A DNA stretch of 59,284 nt from the NCBI GenBank assembly GCA_041483195.1, contig JBGPFC010000027.1, positions 1 to 59,284 on the forward strand, written 5' to 3'. Position numbers and translations under genes: made by a program. The notes under the pieces are model-generated. The model was not told where the DNA came from. It ran no database searches and worked only from the letters and a program-made list of their open reading frames with translations. Positions 29,174 through 39,900 of the stretch are shown in pieces. Each line of letters begins with the position of its first letter. The first letter of the stretch is position 1. Source of the stretch: Candidatus Eiseniibacteriota bacterium. Its GTDB lineage: Bacteria > Eisenbacteria > RBG-16-71-46.

Positions 29174-29190
29174 CTGGCACTCCCCTTGCG
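29174..29190 (+). promoter_or_regulatory. Sigma54 (-24/-12) promoter
   Basis: CTGGCAC-TCCCC-TTGCG matches TGGCAC-N5-TTGC with exact spacing, about 90 nt upstream of the first pilin gene. Confidence 0.8.
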
Positions 29191-29281
29191 GGAATCCCAT
29201 TGACCGCGCCCTGTCTGGCCATGAGGCCAGCAGGCTATCCAAGTTTTGGTTTCGCCCGCCGATAACTCGGGAGCCACTCAA

Positions 29282-29704
29282 ATGAGAATCCATTCGGGAG
29301 AGAGGAATGGTTTCTCGCTGCTGGAGTTGATGGTCGTGTTGACATTGACGGGTCTGCTGATCGCAATCGCCATCCCCACCATCACGACCTACATGAGGAC
29401 CGCACGTCTCTCGGGGGCTTCCAACACGCTGGAAGCCGACCTCCACTTCGCCCACGCCCACGCCAACGCGGAGCGCAAGACGTTCCAGATCCTCTTCAGT
29501 GCCGGTTCCTACGTTGTGAAGCGAGTGTCGCCGGCCGCCACGATCCTCACGCGGGAGATGCCCAAGGGCGTCGCGTGCGCGGCCAGCGACACCGCGACGT
29601 TCTACGCGTGGGGTCTCAGCGACCCCGTGATGATCAGGATGGCGGACGCCAGCCACGCCGACACGTTGCGGGTCGCGGCCAACGGAAGCATCAGCCATGA
29701 CTAG
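29282..29704 (+). CDS. Type IV minor pilin, FimT/FimU/GspH-like
   Basis: Class III signal RNG|FSLLELMVVL with E5. Confidence 0.88.
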   Translation: MRIHSGERNGFSLLELMVVLTLTGLLIAIAIPTITTYMRTARLSGASNTLEADLHFAHAHANAERKTFQILFSAGSYVVKRVSPAATILTREMPKGVACAASDTATFYAWGLSDPVMIRMADASHADTLRVAANGSISHD

Positions 29705-30071
29705 CCCGCGCGGTCCGGTTCGGAAGTCCGATTCGGCCGGCGTGACGCTGGTCGAGCTCATGATCGTGCTGGTCATCGTCGCGATCGGCATCATGACCCT
29801 CTCGGGGGTGCAGACGCGGTCTTCATCGGACGTCTACTCCACCGGGCGGCGCACCCGCGCGCTCGCGGTCGCGCAGACCCAGATCGAGGTCGCGCGCAGT
29901 CTCGGCTACCTGGGAGCCGTGCCGGATTCGGGGCTGACGGACGGTTTCAACTGGCGGACCGAAGTGGACTCGGTCGATTTCGGTCTGCTGCGGGCGAGGG
30001 TCACGGTCACCTGGGCGGAGTCCGGAACGCCGTCCTCCGTGCAGCTCGTCAACCTGATGTCCGCGCGATGA
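29697..30071 (+). CDS. Type IV minor pilin, PilV-like
   Basis: SAG|VTLVELMIVL; position in the cluster; ends RVTVTW. Confidence 0.8.
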   Translation: MTSPRGPVRKSDSAGVTLVELMIVLVIVAIGIMTLSGVQTRSSSDVYSTGRRTRALAVAQTQIEVARSLGYLGAVPDSGLTDGFNWRTEVDSVDFGLLRARVTVTWAESGTPSSVQLVNLMSAR

Positions 30072-30670
30072 AGCCTTCCGTGCGACCTCTCCGTACGTCC
30101 GCTCGCCCCGACTCCGGCATGACGCTGGTCGAGATCATGATCGTGCTGGGGATCCTGGCGACGGTGATCACGATCGTGACCTCGATGCTCATGACCTCGA
30201 GCCGTGTCGAATCCAGGACCGTTCGCCGGGCCAGGGTCCAGGGCGACTGCCGGCAGACGGTGTCGCTCATGAGCATCGAGCTGCGCCAGACCGGGGCGGA
30301 TCCGCATAATCCTCCCATCGGCCTCGTGGGGCTGGTCGCGGCGGACGACAAGTCGATCCACGTGCGTGCGGACCTCAACGCGGACGGCCTGATCGCGACG
30401 GCCGAGCCCTCCGAGGACGTCACGTACGCGTACGACAGCGCCGCAGCGGTCGTCAGACGGGACCCCGGAACCGGCGCAGCCGTCGTTCTCACCAACGTCA
30501 CCGGCATGGTGCTCTCGTACTTCGACTCCGACAACCAGCCGGTCGTGCCGGTCCCGTTGAGCACGGCCGACGCAGCGCGCGTCCACTCCATCGGGCTGGC
30601 GATCACCGCCGAGGACCGCGACTCGCAGCCCATCACGCTCACGACCCGGATCACCCTGAGGAATCAGTGA
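30068..30670 (+). CDS. Type IV minor pilin, PilW-like
   Basis: DSG|MTLVEIMIVL, ELRQTG, ends TRITLRN; ATGA overlap with the previous gene. Confidence 0.82.
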   Translation: MKPSVRPLRTSARPDSGMTLVEIMIVLGILATVITIVTSMLMTSSRVESRTVRRARVQGDCRQTVSLMSIELRQTGADPHNPPIGLVGLVAADDKSIHVRADLNADGLIATAEPSEDVTYAYDSAAAVVRRDPGTGAAVVLTNVTGMVLSYFDSDNQPVVPVPLSTADAARVHSIGLAITAEDRDSQPITLTTRITLRNQ

Positions 30671-30708
30671 GGCGGAACGATTTCCGCCGGCGACTGGAGG
30701 AGCTTGGT

Positions 30709-31155
30709 ATGACCCCTCGATTTGTCAATGAACGCGGAGCCGCGATGGTCCTGGCGCTCGGCGTGCTCGCGGTGCTCGCGGTGCTCGCGATGGTCGTCGT
30801 GGCCATCGTGGTATCCGAGAAGCAGACGGCGCTGTCCGACTACTCCGCCGACCGCTCCTTCTACTCGGCCGACGCCGCGACCGAAGCGGGGGTCAACTGG
30901 ATCCGCTCGCAGCCGATTCCACCGCCGATCATGGACGCGAGCAGCAATGTGTACCTCGCGAACGGGTTCACCGCGCTGAGCAACGATCACAACTACAAGT
31001 TCGACGTTCAGTTCGTCCGCAAGCAGCTCCGGCCGGGCTGGAGCGTCGAGTACAAGGACTACGTCTTCGACGTTGCGGCCACGGGCACCAGCGTGCAGGG
31101 GTCGGAGTCCAAACTCGACGTCAACGCCACTCGGCTCTACCGGGAGGGTTACTGA
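30709..31155 (+). CDS. Type IV minor pilin, PilX-like
   Basis: NERG|AAMVLAL lacking E5 (typical of PilX), FYSADAATEAG; GGAGGAG RBS. Alternative GTG start at 30667. Confidence 0.82.
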   Translation: MTPRFVNERGAAMVLALGVLAVLAVLAMVVVAIVVSEKQTALSDYSADRSFYSADAATEAGVNWIRSQPIPPPIMDASSNVYLANGFTALSNDHNYKFDVQFVRKQLRPGWSVEYKDYVFDVAATGTSVQGSESKLDVNATRLYREGY

Positions 31156-31157
31156 TC

Positions 31158-33803
31158 ATGCATCATCCAGTTCGTAAGCTCGCAGTCGCGTTGGCGGCCA
31201 TGGTGGCGATCGGCTACGCCGGCTCCGCCCACGCCACCTGCCAGATTCCGCTGGCCATCGGCCAGACCACCGGCGAGGCCAACGTCCTGATCCTGCAGGA
31301 CAACTCGGGAAGCATGAACGAGGCGCTGGTCTCCAGTTCGTACAACCCCAAGACCACGTACGCCGGCAAGTTCACGAGCGGCACGACGTATAACATCAGC
31401 ACCTCGGGGAACTACACGCCGCGGTCGTTCAACAGCAAGTGGGTCAACACGCCATCGGCTTACCTGGTCGCGAGCGACCAGGGTGAGGACGGCCGGTACG
31501 ACGGCAACTATCTGAACTGGATCTACTTCACGGCCACCAGCGCGCAGCGCGCCGCGATCCCGGTGATCACGCGCATCCAGGCGGCCAAGCCGGTCGTTTC
31601 CCAGGTGCTGGGCAGCGTCTCGGGCTGCCGGTTTGCCGTCGAGGTCTTCAACAACGACAACGGTGGCAAGATCATCTCTCCCTTCGGCAGCACCATTGCC
31701 GCGATGCAAAGCCAGATCATGGCGATCGACGCCGACTCCTGGACGCCGCTCGCGGAGAGCATGATCACGGCGATGAACTACTTCAAGAAGACCGATTCCA
31801 CAGCTCCGATCCAAGCGAGCTGTCAGAAGAGCTTCGTCATCATCGTGACCGACGGACTCCCGACGCAGGACACGAGCGTACCCGCGTACATCAAGGACGT
31901 CGACAAGGACGGCTACTACCTCGACGACGTCGCGTCCTACCTGTACAAGAACGACATGCGCCCCGACATGGACGGGATGCAAAACGTGGCGACGTTCACG
32001 ATCGGCTTCAACGTCGACGCGAACCTGCTGCAGAAGACCTCGGACAAGGGCGGAGGCGCCTATTTCAGCATCAACGACGGTGCGGGCCTGGTCAACGCGC
32101 TGACGGCATCGTTCAACGTGATCGCGGCGCGCATCGCGTCCGGCACGGCCGTCTCGGTGGTCTCCTCCGAAGACCGCACCAACAACCGGCTCTACCGCGC
32201 CCGTTACGAATCGCAGACCTGGCGCGGCTTCGTGGAGTCGTTCAACCTGCCATACCATGGCGGCGACAGCCCGCTGTGGGAGGCCGGTGCCCTGCTCCAG
32301 GCGCAAAGCTCCAGCAGCCGCACCCTCCTCACCTCGACGACGGGGACGAATACGTACCCACTGACGGCGGCCAATGCCGCGAGCCTGCGGACGCTGCTCG
32401 GGGCGGCCGACAATGCGACCGCGACGAACATCATCAACTTCACTCGCGGAGACTCCACGCCCGGGTCGCGCAGCCGGCTGGGCTGGAAGCTCGGTGACAT
32501 CGTCGACGCCGCACCGGTCACCGTCGGAAAGCCGAACGGCTTCAACAATTTCCTCAACTACTGGTCGTTCAGGTCGACCCGGGCCGGGCGGTCCGAGGTC
32601 GTATACGTCGGGGCCAACGACGGCATGCTGCACTGCATCGATGCCACCAATGGGTCCGAGAAGTGGGCGTACGTTCCGAAGAACCACCTGCCGAACCTGA
32701 GCGGGTTGATGGACCCGTCGTACTGCCATCACTACTACCTCAACATGACCCCCGCCGTTTACGACATCTACATGAACGGCGCATGGAAGACGGTGTTGAT
32801 CGGCGGCGAGGGGCAGGGCGGCAACAGCCTGTTCGCGCTCAATGTCACGAGTCCCGCCCCCGACACGGTGAGCGTGTTGTGGGACGTCGACATGCCATCG
32901 CTGAAGGGCTCATGGAATGGGCCGTCGCTGGTGCGTGACAAGCGGCTGGATGCCTACGTGCTCTGCGTCGGCACCGGATACGACCCCGCGTCCGCGCAGA
33001 CGAACCTGTTCGTCCTCAACCCGACCGACGGCTCGGTCATGAGCACGATCGCACTCGGAACGGCCGTCTCGGCCAACAAGACCACGAAGGCGACGGCGCT
33101 CGACCGCGATTTCGACGGCTACGACGACCTGCTCTACCTCGGGGATCTCGCCGGCAACATCTGGCGCGTGGACCTGACCACCAACCCGTACAGCGTGAGC
33201 AAGCTCTACAACTGCGGGAAGCCGATCCAGGCGGCCCCGGTCGTGACCATGGATCAGGCGGGCCACGCGATGATCTTCTTCGGAACCGGCGAATACCTCA
33301 CGGACAGCGATCCGTCGACCACGAACCAGCAGGCGATCTACGGCCTCATCGACAACAACTCCGGTGGGACGATCGCGACCTCGGAGCTGGTCGACCAGAC
33401 GAGCACCTTCACCGGGCTCAGCAGCGGCAAGCGTGGCTGGTTCATGAACCTGGTCCAGAGCTCGGGCGAACGCGTGACCCACACGGCCGTGCTGATCGCC
33501 GGGACCCTGTACGTGCCCTCGTTCCTTCCGAACAACAGCGCGTGCACGGGCGGCGGGCAGTCCTGGCTCTACAGCCTGGACTACAAGGACGGGTCGTACC
33601 CGGACAACCCCAATGGAACCGCGAACAACACGACCGATGATCGCGTCCAGTCGATGGGCGACGGCATCCTCGCCGACCCGTCGGTCGACCTCCTGAGCGA
33701 GCAGGTGATTCTGCAGTCATCCAACGCGGTGCTGCTCACCGAGAACATCGGTGGCGGACTGAAGAAGCTCATGGTGCGCTCGTGGCGCCAGAAGTGGAAC
33801 TAA
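31158..33803 (+). CDS. pilY1: PilY1/PilC-type pilus tip adhesin with N-terminal vWA domain
   Basis: Signal peptide; MIDAS-like QDNSGS, TPLAES and VTDG; PilC propeller motifs KLGDIV, YVGANDGMLH, EKWAYVP; Ca loop DRDFDGYDD; ends RSWRQ. Confidence 0.92.
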   Translation: MHHPVRKLAVALAAMVAIGYAGSAHATCQIPLAIGQTTGEANVLILQDNSGSMNEALVSSSYNPKTTYAGKFTSGTTYNISTSGNYTPRSFNSKWVNTPSAYLVASDQGEDGRYDGNYLNWIYFTATSAQRAAIPVITRIQAAKPVVSQVLGSVSGCRFAVEVFNNDNGGKIISPFGSTIAAMQSQIMAIDADSWTPLAESMITAMNYFKKTDSTAPIQASCQKSFVIIVTDGLPTQDTSVPAYIKDVDKDGYYLDDVASYLYKNDMRPDMDGMQNVATFTIGFNVDANLLQKTSDKGGGAYFSINDGAGLVNALTASFNVIAARIASGTAVSVVSSEDRTNNRLYRARYESQTWRGFVESFNLPYHGGDSPLWEAGALLQAQSSSSRTLLTSTTGTNTYPLTAANAASLRTLLGAADNATATNIINFTRGDSTPGSRSRLGWKLGDIVDAAPVTVGKPNGFNNFLNYWSFRSTRAGRSEVVYVGANDGMLHCIDATNGSEKWAYVPKNHLPNLSGLMDPSYCHHYYLNMTPAVYDIYMNGAWKTVLIGGEGQGGNSLFALNVTSPAPDTVSVLWDVDMPSLKGSWNGPSLVRDKRLDAYVLCVGTGYDPASAQTNLFVLNPTDGSVMSTIALGTAVSANKTTKATALDRDFDGYDDLLYLGDLAGNIWRVDLTTNPYSVSKLYNCGKPIQAAPVVTMDQAGHAMIFFGTGEYLTDSDPSTTNQQAIYGLIDNNSGGTIATSELVDQTSTFTGLSSGKRGWFMNLVQSSGERVTHTAVLIAGTLYVPSFLPNNSACTGGGQSWLYSLDYKDGSYPDNPNGTANNTTDDRVQSMGDGILADPSVDLLSEQVILQSSNAVLLTENIGGGLKKLMVRSWRQKWN

Positions 33804-33814
33804 GGGAGGAAATC

Positions 33815-34222
33815 ATGCGCAATCGAACCAGCACCTCAGTCGGCGCCGCTCTTCTCCTCACGCTGATGGCGGTCGCCACCGCGAACACCGGGGCGGACCC
33901 CCGTGTCACGCGGGGCAGAATGTTCGAGGCGCCCGCGCCCGAAACATTCAACATGTCGGGCCCGTACACCGGCGTCCTCACCGGCGAGATCATGCTCGGC
34001 GAGGTCACGTATCGGCTGGCGCCCAACGTCCAGGTCTACGAGATCGGCCGCGGGCCGATGCCGATGGGCACGGTGGTGAATGATCGCCATGTCTTCCTCA
34101 TGGGGACGCGATCGGGTGATTCGGAACTGATCACCAACGTCATCATCCGCCCGGCCGAGGACGCATCGGCCGCGCATGGCGAGCTCCAGGGCCATGTTCA
34201 GCCGGCCGGCGCACCCGAGTGA
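33815..34222 (+). CDS. Secreted hypothetical protein
   Basis: GGAGG RBS, signal peptide, small beta-rich domain; directly follows pilY1. Confidence 0.75.
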   Translation: MRNRTSTSVGAALLLTLMAVATANTGADPRVTRGRMFEAPAPETFNMSGPYTGVLTGEIMLGEVTYRLAPNVQVYEIGRGPMPMGTVVNDRHVFLMGTRSGDSELITNVIIRPAEDASAAHGELQGHVQPAGAPE

Positions 34223-34256
34223 TGACGGCTCCGCAGAAGCATCCGGTGCCCGGGAG

Positions 34257-35192
34257 ATGATCCCGGCCCGGCCGTGGTACGGGCTGCTGGCGTTGGCGGG
34301 TGTGCTCGCGATCGGCGGGTGCTCCGCCCGCACCGGCGGCGGCGCCGCGACCGCGGCGCACCATGATTTCGGCGTGCGCCTGACTCCCGAGCCCGCGAAC
34401 GCGATGGCACGGATCGCCGTCGTGTTCGAGGATCCCCGGCTGGAGCCCGCGAAGTGCCGGTTCCAGTGGCGGCGCAACGGCAGCCTGATCGCCGACGCTC
34501 AGACCGACGGTCTCGACCCCTCGCACTTCTCCAAGAACGACCAGATCGCGGTGGCGGTGAGCGCGCCGGATCCCTCGAGTGGGGCGGTGCGAACGCTGCA
34601 CGCTGCGGTGCGAGTCGAAAATACGCCGCCCAAGCTCACGCGCGTGACGCTGGCGGTTTCGACGGCGTCCGGCACTCCCGAGCTGCAGGCCAACGTGGAG
34701 TGCGTGGATCCGGACGGCGACGTTCCGACCTACACCTACCGCTGGCTCAGGAACGACGCCGCGATGGATGGCGCGGCGGGCCCGAGCCTGCCGCTCAGCC
34801 GCATCGCGCCGGGCGATCGCGTGGCGCTCGAGGTCGTGGCGCGTGACGACGCGAGCTCGTCGTCCCCGGTGCGGAGCGACGCTTTCAACATCGAGAATCG
34901 CCCGCCACAGTTTTCCTCGCAGCCGGTCGCCCCGAGAGCCGCCGACGTTTCGTTCCGGTACCACGCGGTCGCGACCGATCCCGACGGCGATCCGCTCCGC
35001 TACAGCCTGGTGAGCGGACCCATCGGCATGACGGTGGACGCGTCGGGAAACATCTACTGGCCGCTGCCGCTGGGGGACTCCCACCGCGGCGCGTTCCCGG
35101 TCCGCATCCGCGCGATCGATGCCAAGGGCGGCGAGGCGACGCAGGACTTCACGATCAGCCTCGATCCGCCGCCCGCCAAGTCCAAGGCGTGA
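34257..35192 (+). CDS. Putative lipoprotein with tandem Ig/cadherin-like domains
   Basis: Lipobox-like AIGG|C; ENTPP and ENRPP domain starts; DPDGD motifs; GPIGMTVD (putative Ig). Confidence 0.8.
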   Translation: MIPARPWYGLLALAGVLAIGGCSARTGGGAATAAHHDFGVRLTPEPANAMARIAVVFEDPRLEPAKCRFQWRRNGSLIADAQTDGLDPSHFSKNDQIAVAVSAPDPSSGAVRTLHAAVRVENTPPKLTRVTLAVSTASGTPELQANVECVDPDGDVPTYTYRWLRNDAAMDGAAGPSLPLSRIAPGDRVALEVVARDDASSSSPVRSDAFNIENRPPQFSSQPVAPRAADVSFRYHAVATDPDGDPLRYSLVSGPIGMTVDASGNIYWPLPLGDSHRGAFPVRIRAIDAKGGEATQDFTISLDPPPAKSKA

Positions 35193-35237
35193 GGTTCTTG
35201 CCCGCGTCTCACGCGGGCGCCCGAGTCTGGAGATGGT

Positions 35238-35271
35238 CGAACGCCCGCGCGAAACCCCGCGCGGGCGTTCG
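35238..35271 (+). terminator. Stem-loop closing the pilus cluster
   Basis: CGAACGCCCGCGCG-AAACCC-CGCGCGGGCGTTCG, a perfect 14-bp stem with a weak TCTT tail. Confidence 0.6.
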
Positions 35272-35393
35272 TCTTCGTGACGGCTTGTGAACCGCACGCG
35301 GTCGCGATACGCTGGCGGCCGCGAAGTTCGATGGGAAGCGCCGTCGCCCGATCGCGCACGCCGCTTCCGGTGCGCTCACCACATTCCTCCGCC

Positions 35394-35681
35394 ATGGACC
35401 GACCCCCGAACGTCACCATCCATGTCCCAGGCCCGCTGCGCGTCTACTGCGACGGCGCCTCTCAGCTCTCGCTCTCGGCCCCCACCGTGCGGGCCGTCCT
35501 CGAGCATCTCGAACTGCGCCATGCACCGCTCCACCGCAACGTGTGTGACGAGACGGGGAAGGTGCGCCGCCACCTGAACGTCTTCGTGAACTCGGACAAC
35601 GTGCGAGACCTCGACGGGCTCGACACGTCACTGGCCCCAGGGGACGTCGTCACGATCCTGCCTGCGGTCTCAGGAGGTTGA
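35394..35681 (+). CDS. MoaD/ThiS-family ubiquitin-like protein
   Basis: VTIHVPGPLR, HLNVFVN and C-terminal ILPAVSGG. Confidence 0.92.
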   Translation: MDRPPNVTIHVPGPLRVYCDGASQLSLSAPTVRAVLEHLELRHAPLHRNVCDETGKVRRHLNVFVNSDNVRDLDGLDTSLAPGDVVTILPAVSGG

Positions 35682-35683
35682 AC

Positions 35684-36796
35684 ATGCCGGACCGTGTGAT
35701 CCTCAGCATCGGAACCAAGAAGGGCGTCTTCGTCGCAGAGGCCTCGAAGAGCCGCGGCAGCTTCGCGCTGCGCGGACCGTTCGGACCCGGTGTCCCCGTC
35801 TACACGACGCTGATCGACACGCGAGGCACGCCTCGTCTCTACGCCTCGAGCTGCAATCCCTTCTTCGGCATGAAGGTGCTGCGCTCGAACGATCTCGGGA
35901 AGTCGTTCAAGGAGACGAAGTCGGCGCCTGCATTTCCCAAGGAGGACGGGCGGGCGCTCATCAACATCTGGTCGCTCGAGACCGGCGATGGCAAGAAGGA
36001 ACTCTGGTGCGGCGTCGAGCCGGCCTCGTTGTTCAGGAGCCGCGACGGCGGCGACTCATGGGAAATGGTTCAGGGCATCAGCAATCACGAACATGCTCGC
36101 AAGTGGAGCCCCGGCAACGGCGGGCTCTGCATGCACACCATCATTCGCGACGGGGATCGCGTCCACCTCGGCATCTCGACCGGCGGCCACTATCTGAGCG
36201 AAGACGGAGGGGAGAGTTTCAGAGCGTCCAACAAGGGCGTCGGCGCCGGCTTCGCACCGGATCCCTACCCCGAGTTCGGCCAGTGCGTGCACAAGATCGC
36301 GCGCCACGACGACGCCCCGGGCAGGCTCTACATGCAGAACCACGGCGGGTGGGCCAACTGGACCGGGCCCGGTGGCCCGCGACCGGACATCGGCGTGCTG
36401 CGCAGCGACGACCACGGCCGCACCTGGCGCTCGATCGCCAAGGGACTGCCATCCGACTTCGGCTTCCCGATCGTCGTGCACCCGCACGACGCCGACACGG
36501 TCTACGTGCTGCCGCTCGAGCCGATGACGCGCACCTGTCCCGGCGGCGCCCCCGCGGTGTGGCGCAGCGAAAACGGCGGCGACTCCTGGGGCCGGCTCGC
36601 GAGGGGGTTCCCGAAGAAGTCGAGCTACTTCACGGTCCAGCGCGACGCGATGGACATCGACCGCCTCAAGTCGCCGGCACTCTACTTCGGGACCACGACC
36701 GGCCAGCTCTGGATCGGACGAGAAGGCGGGGAGCAGTGGGAGTGTCTCTTCGACTCGCTGCCGCCGATCCACTGCGTGAAGGTCTCGGTGGTCTGA
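35684..36796 (+). CDS. Cytoplasmic BNR/Asp-box beta-propeller protein (sialidase-like fold)
   Basis: IGTKKGVF start; repeated SxDxGxxW/F Asp boxes; no signal peptide. Confidence 0.88.
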   Translation: MPDRVILSIGTKKGVFVAEASKSRGSFALRGPFGPGVPVYTTLIDTRGTPRLYASSCNPFFGMKVLRSNDLGKSFKETKSAPAFPKEDGRALINIWSLETGDGKKELWCGVEPASLFRSRDGGDSWEMVQGISNHEHARKWSPGNGGLCMHTIIRDGDRVHLGISTGGHYLSEDGGESFRASNKGVGAGFAPDPYPEFGQCVHKIARHDDAPGRLYMQNHGGWANWTGPGGPRPDIGVLRSDDHGRTWRSIAKGLPSDFGFPIVVHPHDADTVYVLPLEPMTRTCPGGAPAVWRSENGGDSWGRLARGFPKKSSYFTVQRDAMDIDRLKSPALYFGTTTGQLWIGREGGEQWECLFDSLPPIHCVKVSVV

Positions 36797-36957
36797 GCCT
36801 GACCACCGATTGAGCTATTGACCGCGGGCCGGGCGGGCCGCAGACTTCTTCCCAGTCATCCGGTGCGCCGCGGCGGCCCTCGGGTCGCCCGGCGCGTGCG
36901 TTTAGGACCGGGCGCCGCACGCCTCGCGGCGCCAACACCCTCGCATCGGAGCCGCCC

Positions 36958-39900
36958 ATGCGCCGACCACCCAGTGCTTCCCGCGCCCTGCTCGCCCTCG
37001 GCACGCTGCTCGCCGCACTCGCCGGGATCCCGTCCTCGGCGTTCGCCATTTCCTACCGCACGTTGTTCACCCCCACCGGACTCGGCGCGGAAGCGCTCTC
37101 GAGTTCGGTCGCTTCTGCGGGGGACATGAATGGCGACGGCTATGCCGACGTCATCGTGGGCGCCCCGTTGAACGACACCGGTGCGTCCGACGGAGGACGC
37201 GCGCTGGTGTTCTTCGGCGGGCCCGGGGCGGACGACGTCCCCGATCTCACCCTGATCGGCACCTCGGCCACCGAACTGCTCGGGTACTCGGTCGCGAGCG
37301 CGGGGGACTTCAACGGCGACGGGTTCGACGATGTCATCGTCGGCGCGCCGTTCAACGACACCGGCGGCGCGAACATCGGGCGGGCGTACATCTTCTTCGG
37401 CGGACCGAATCCCGACGCCATCGCCGACATCACGTTCACCGGCGTCGCGCCGGGGGACGAGTTCGGCTATTCGGTCGCCAGCGCGGGGGACGTGAACGGA
37501 GACGGATACGGCGACCTGATCGTCGGGGCGCCGCTGAACGACGCTGCCGGCTTGGACGCGGGGCGCGCGTATGTCTTCTACGGCGGCCCGGCGACGGACA
37601 ACCTCATCGACATCACGGTCACGGGAGCGACAGCCGGCGACGGGTTTGGCACAGCGGCGGCGAGCGCCGGAGATTTCAATGGGGACGGCTACGGCGATTT
37701 TGCGGCAGGTGCGCCCTATAACGACGTGATCGGCGTGGATGCGGGTGCGGCCTACCTGTACTTCGGCGGTCCCGGGGAAGACGCTTCCGTCGATCTCACC
37801 TTCAATGGCGCCGTGGCGGGAGACCAGTTCGGCTTCTCGCTCGACAACGCCGGAGACGTCAACGGAGACGGCTTCGGCGATCTCCTGGTCGGCGCGCCAC
37901 TCAACGACACCGCGGGAGCGAATGCGGGACGCGCCTACGTGTTCTACGGCGGCCCGCTGGCCGACAACGTCGCCGACCTGACGCTGTCGGGCGCTGTGGC
38001 GGGAGATCAGTTCGGCAATGCGGTGGCGCGGGCGGGCGACGCGAACGCCGATGGATTCGCGGATCTGATCGTCGGTGCGCCGTTCAACGACGCCGGCGGC
38101 ACGAACGCCGGCCGCGCCTACGTCTTCTTCGGCGCAGCCGCGCCCAACACCGTCGCCGACATCACGATCACCGGCGTCGTCGGAAGCGACGAGCTCGGCC
38201 TTGCGGTCGCCGGCGCGGGGGACGTCAATGGCGACGGGTTTGCGGAAGTGGTGACGGGGGCGCCCGGCAACGACATCGGCGGTGCCAATGCGGGCCGCGC
38301 GTACGTGACGGCGGTTTACGCATACCAGGTTCTATCTCCGAACGGCGGCGAGACGTGGGTGTCCGGTGCGCCCTCCCGCGTTCACTGGCTCGGTCACGAC
38401 CCGGCGGATCTCGCGATCTCGCTCGACGGCGGGGTCACATGGAGCACGCTGGTCGCCGGCGCGGGCGGACTCGAGGAGAACGAGGTCACCGTGACCGCGC
38501 CCGGTCCCGCGACGGCGCTGGCGAAGGTGCGCCTGAGCATCAACGCGCAGACCGTCAAGCGATCGACGTCCGACATGAGCGACGCGGTATTCCGAATCGT
38601 CGAGCCGACGCGCGCTCCCGCCGCCGCGAGCCGTGTTCAGCGCTCCTTCATCGGGGCGGCCGGCGACAACCTCGGTTGGGCGGTCGCGGGAGCCGGCGAC
38701 GTGAACGGCGACGGCTTCGACGATGTGATCGTCGGGGCGCCGCTCAACGACACTCCCGGAGCAAACGCCGGCCGGGCCTTCGTGTTCTTCGGCGGTCCCG
38801 GCGCGGACGCGGTCGCCGACCTGACCCTCTCCGGGGCGGCGGCGAACGACGAGTTCGGCTACTCGGTCTCGGGCGTCGGGGACGTGAACCACGATGGCTT
38901 CTCCGACGTGATCGTCGGAGCGCCCTTCAACGATTTCGCCGCCTCAAATGCCGGACGGGCCTACGTCTTCTTCGGCGGCAATTCGCCGGACGCGGTCGCC
39001 GATCTCACCCTCACCGGGGCGGCGGCCAACGACCAGCTCGGCTACTCGGTGGCGGGCGCCGGAGACGTCAATCGGGATGGATTCGACGATGTCTTCGTCG
39101 GAGCGCCGTTCAACGATACGGGGGCGACGAACGCCGGCCGGGCCTATCTGTTCTTCGGTGGCCTGGCGCCCGACGCCATTTCGGATCTGGCGGTGGGCGG
39201 AGAGGCGATCGCTGACCAGTTTGGAGCCTCGGTCGCGGGTGCGGGGGACGTGAACGGCGATGGCTTCGCCGACCTGATCGCCGGGTCGAGCACCAACGAC
39301 ATTCACGGCTCCGCCAGCGGGCGGGCATACGTCTACTTCGGCGGAACGGTCCCGAATACGACCGTCGACCTCTTCCTCGATGGCCAGGCGTCGGGGGACG
39401 GGTTCGGGGTCGCGGTGGCGGGCGCGGGTGACGTGAACGGCGACGGCTTCGACGATGTGATCGTCGGCGCGAACTTCAACGAGACGAGCGGCGTGGACGC
39501 CGGCCGGGCCTATCTCTACTTCGGTGGCCCGGCGCCTGACGCGATTGCCGATTTCGAGGTGGGTGGTGTGACGCTCGACGAGCTGGGCCTCGATGTGGCG
39601 GGCGCGGGTGACGTGAACGGGGACGGCTACGCGGACCTGATCGTCGGAGCCCGCGCCAACAGCGCGGGCGGCAGCTTCGCGGGCAGGGCCTACCTGTTGT
39701 ATGGCGGCCCGACTCCCGACGCCATGGCCGATCTCGCGATCGCCGGACTCGGGGCGAACGACAATCTCGGCCGGGCGCTCGCCGGCGCCGGCGACGTGAA
39801 CGGCGACGGCTTCGACGACGTGATCGTCGGCTCCCACCTCAACGACGCGGGCGGCGCCGACGCGGGGGCGGCGTATCTCTACGACTTGAATCGCTACTTC

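Noticed and set aside
35394..35681. Ubiquitin-like protein or SNF2 helicase as part of an anti-phage system
   Set aside because: No E1, E2, JAB, nuclease or other defence genes are adjacent to either.
37100..39900. Periodic DNA repeats resembling an array (GACGTGAACGGCGACGG etc.)
   Set aside because: They are degenerate coding repeats of FG-GAP blades, not CRISPR. There are no identical repeats with unique spacers and no cas genes.
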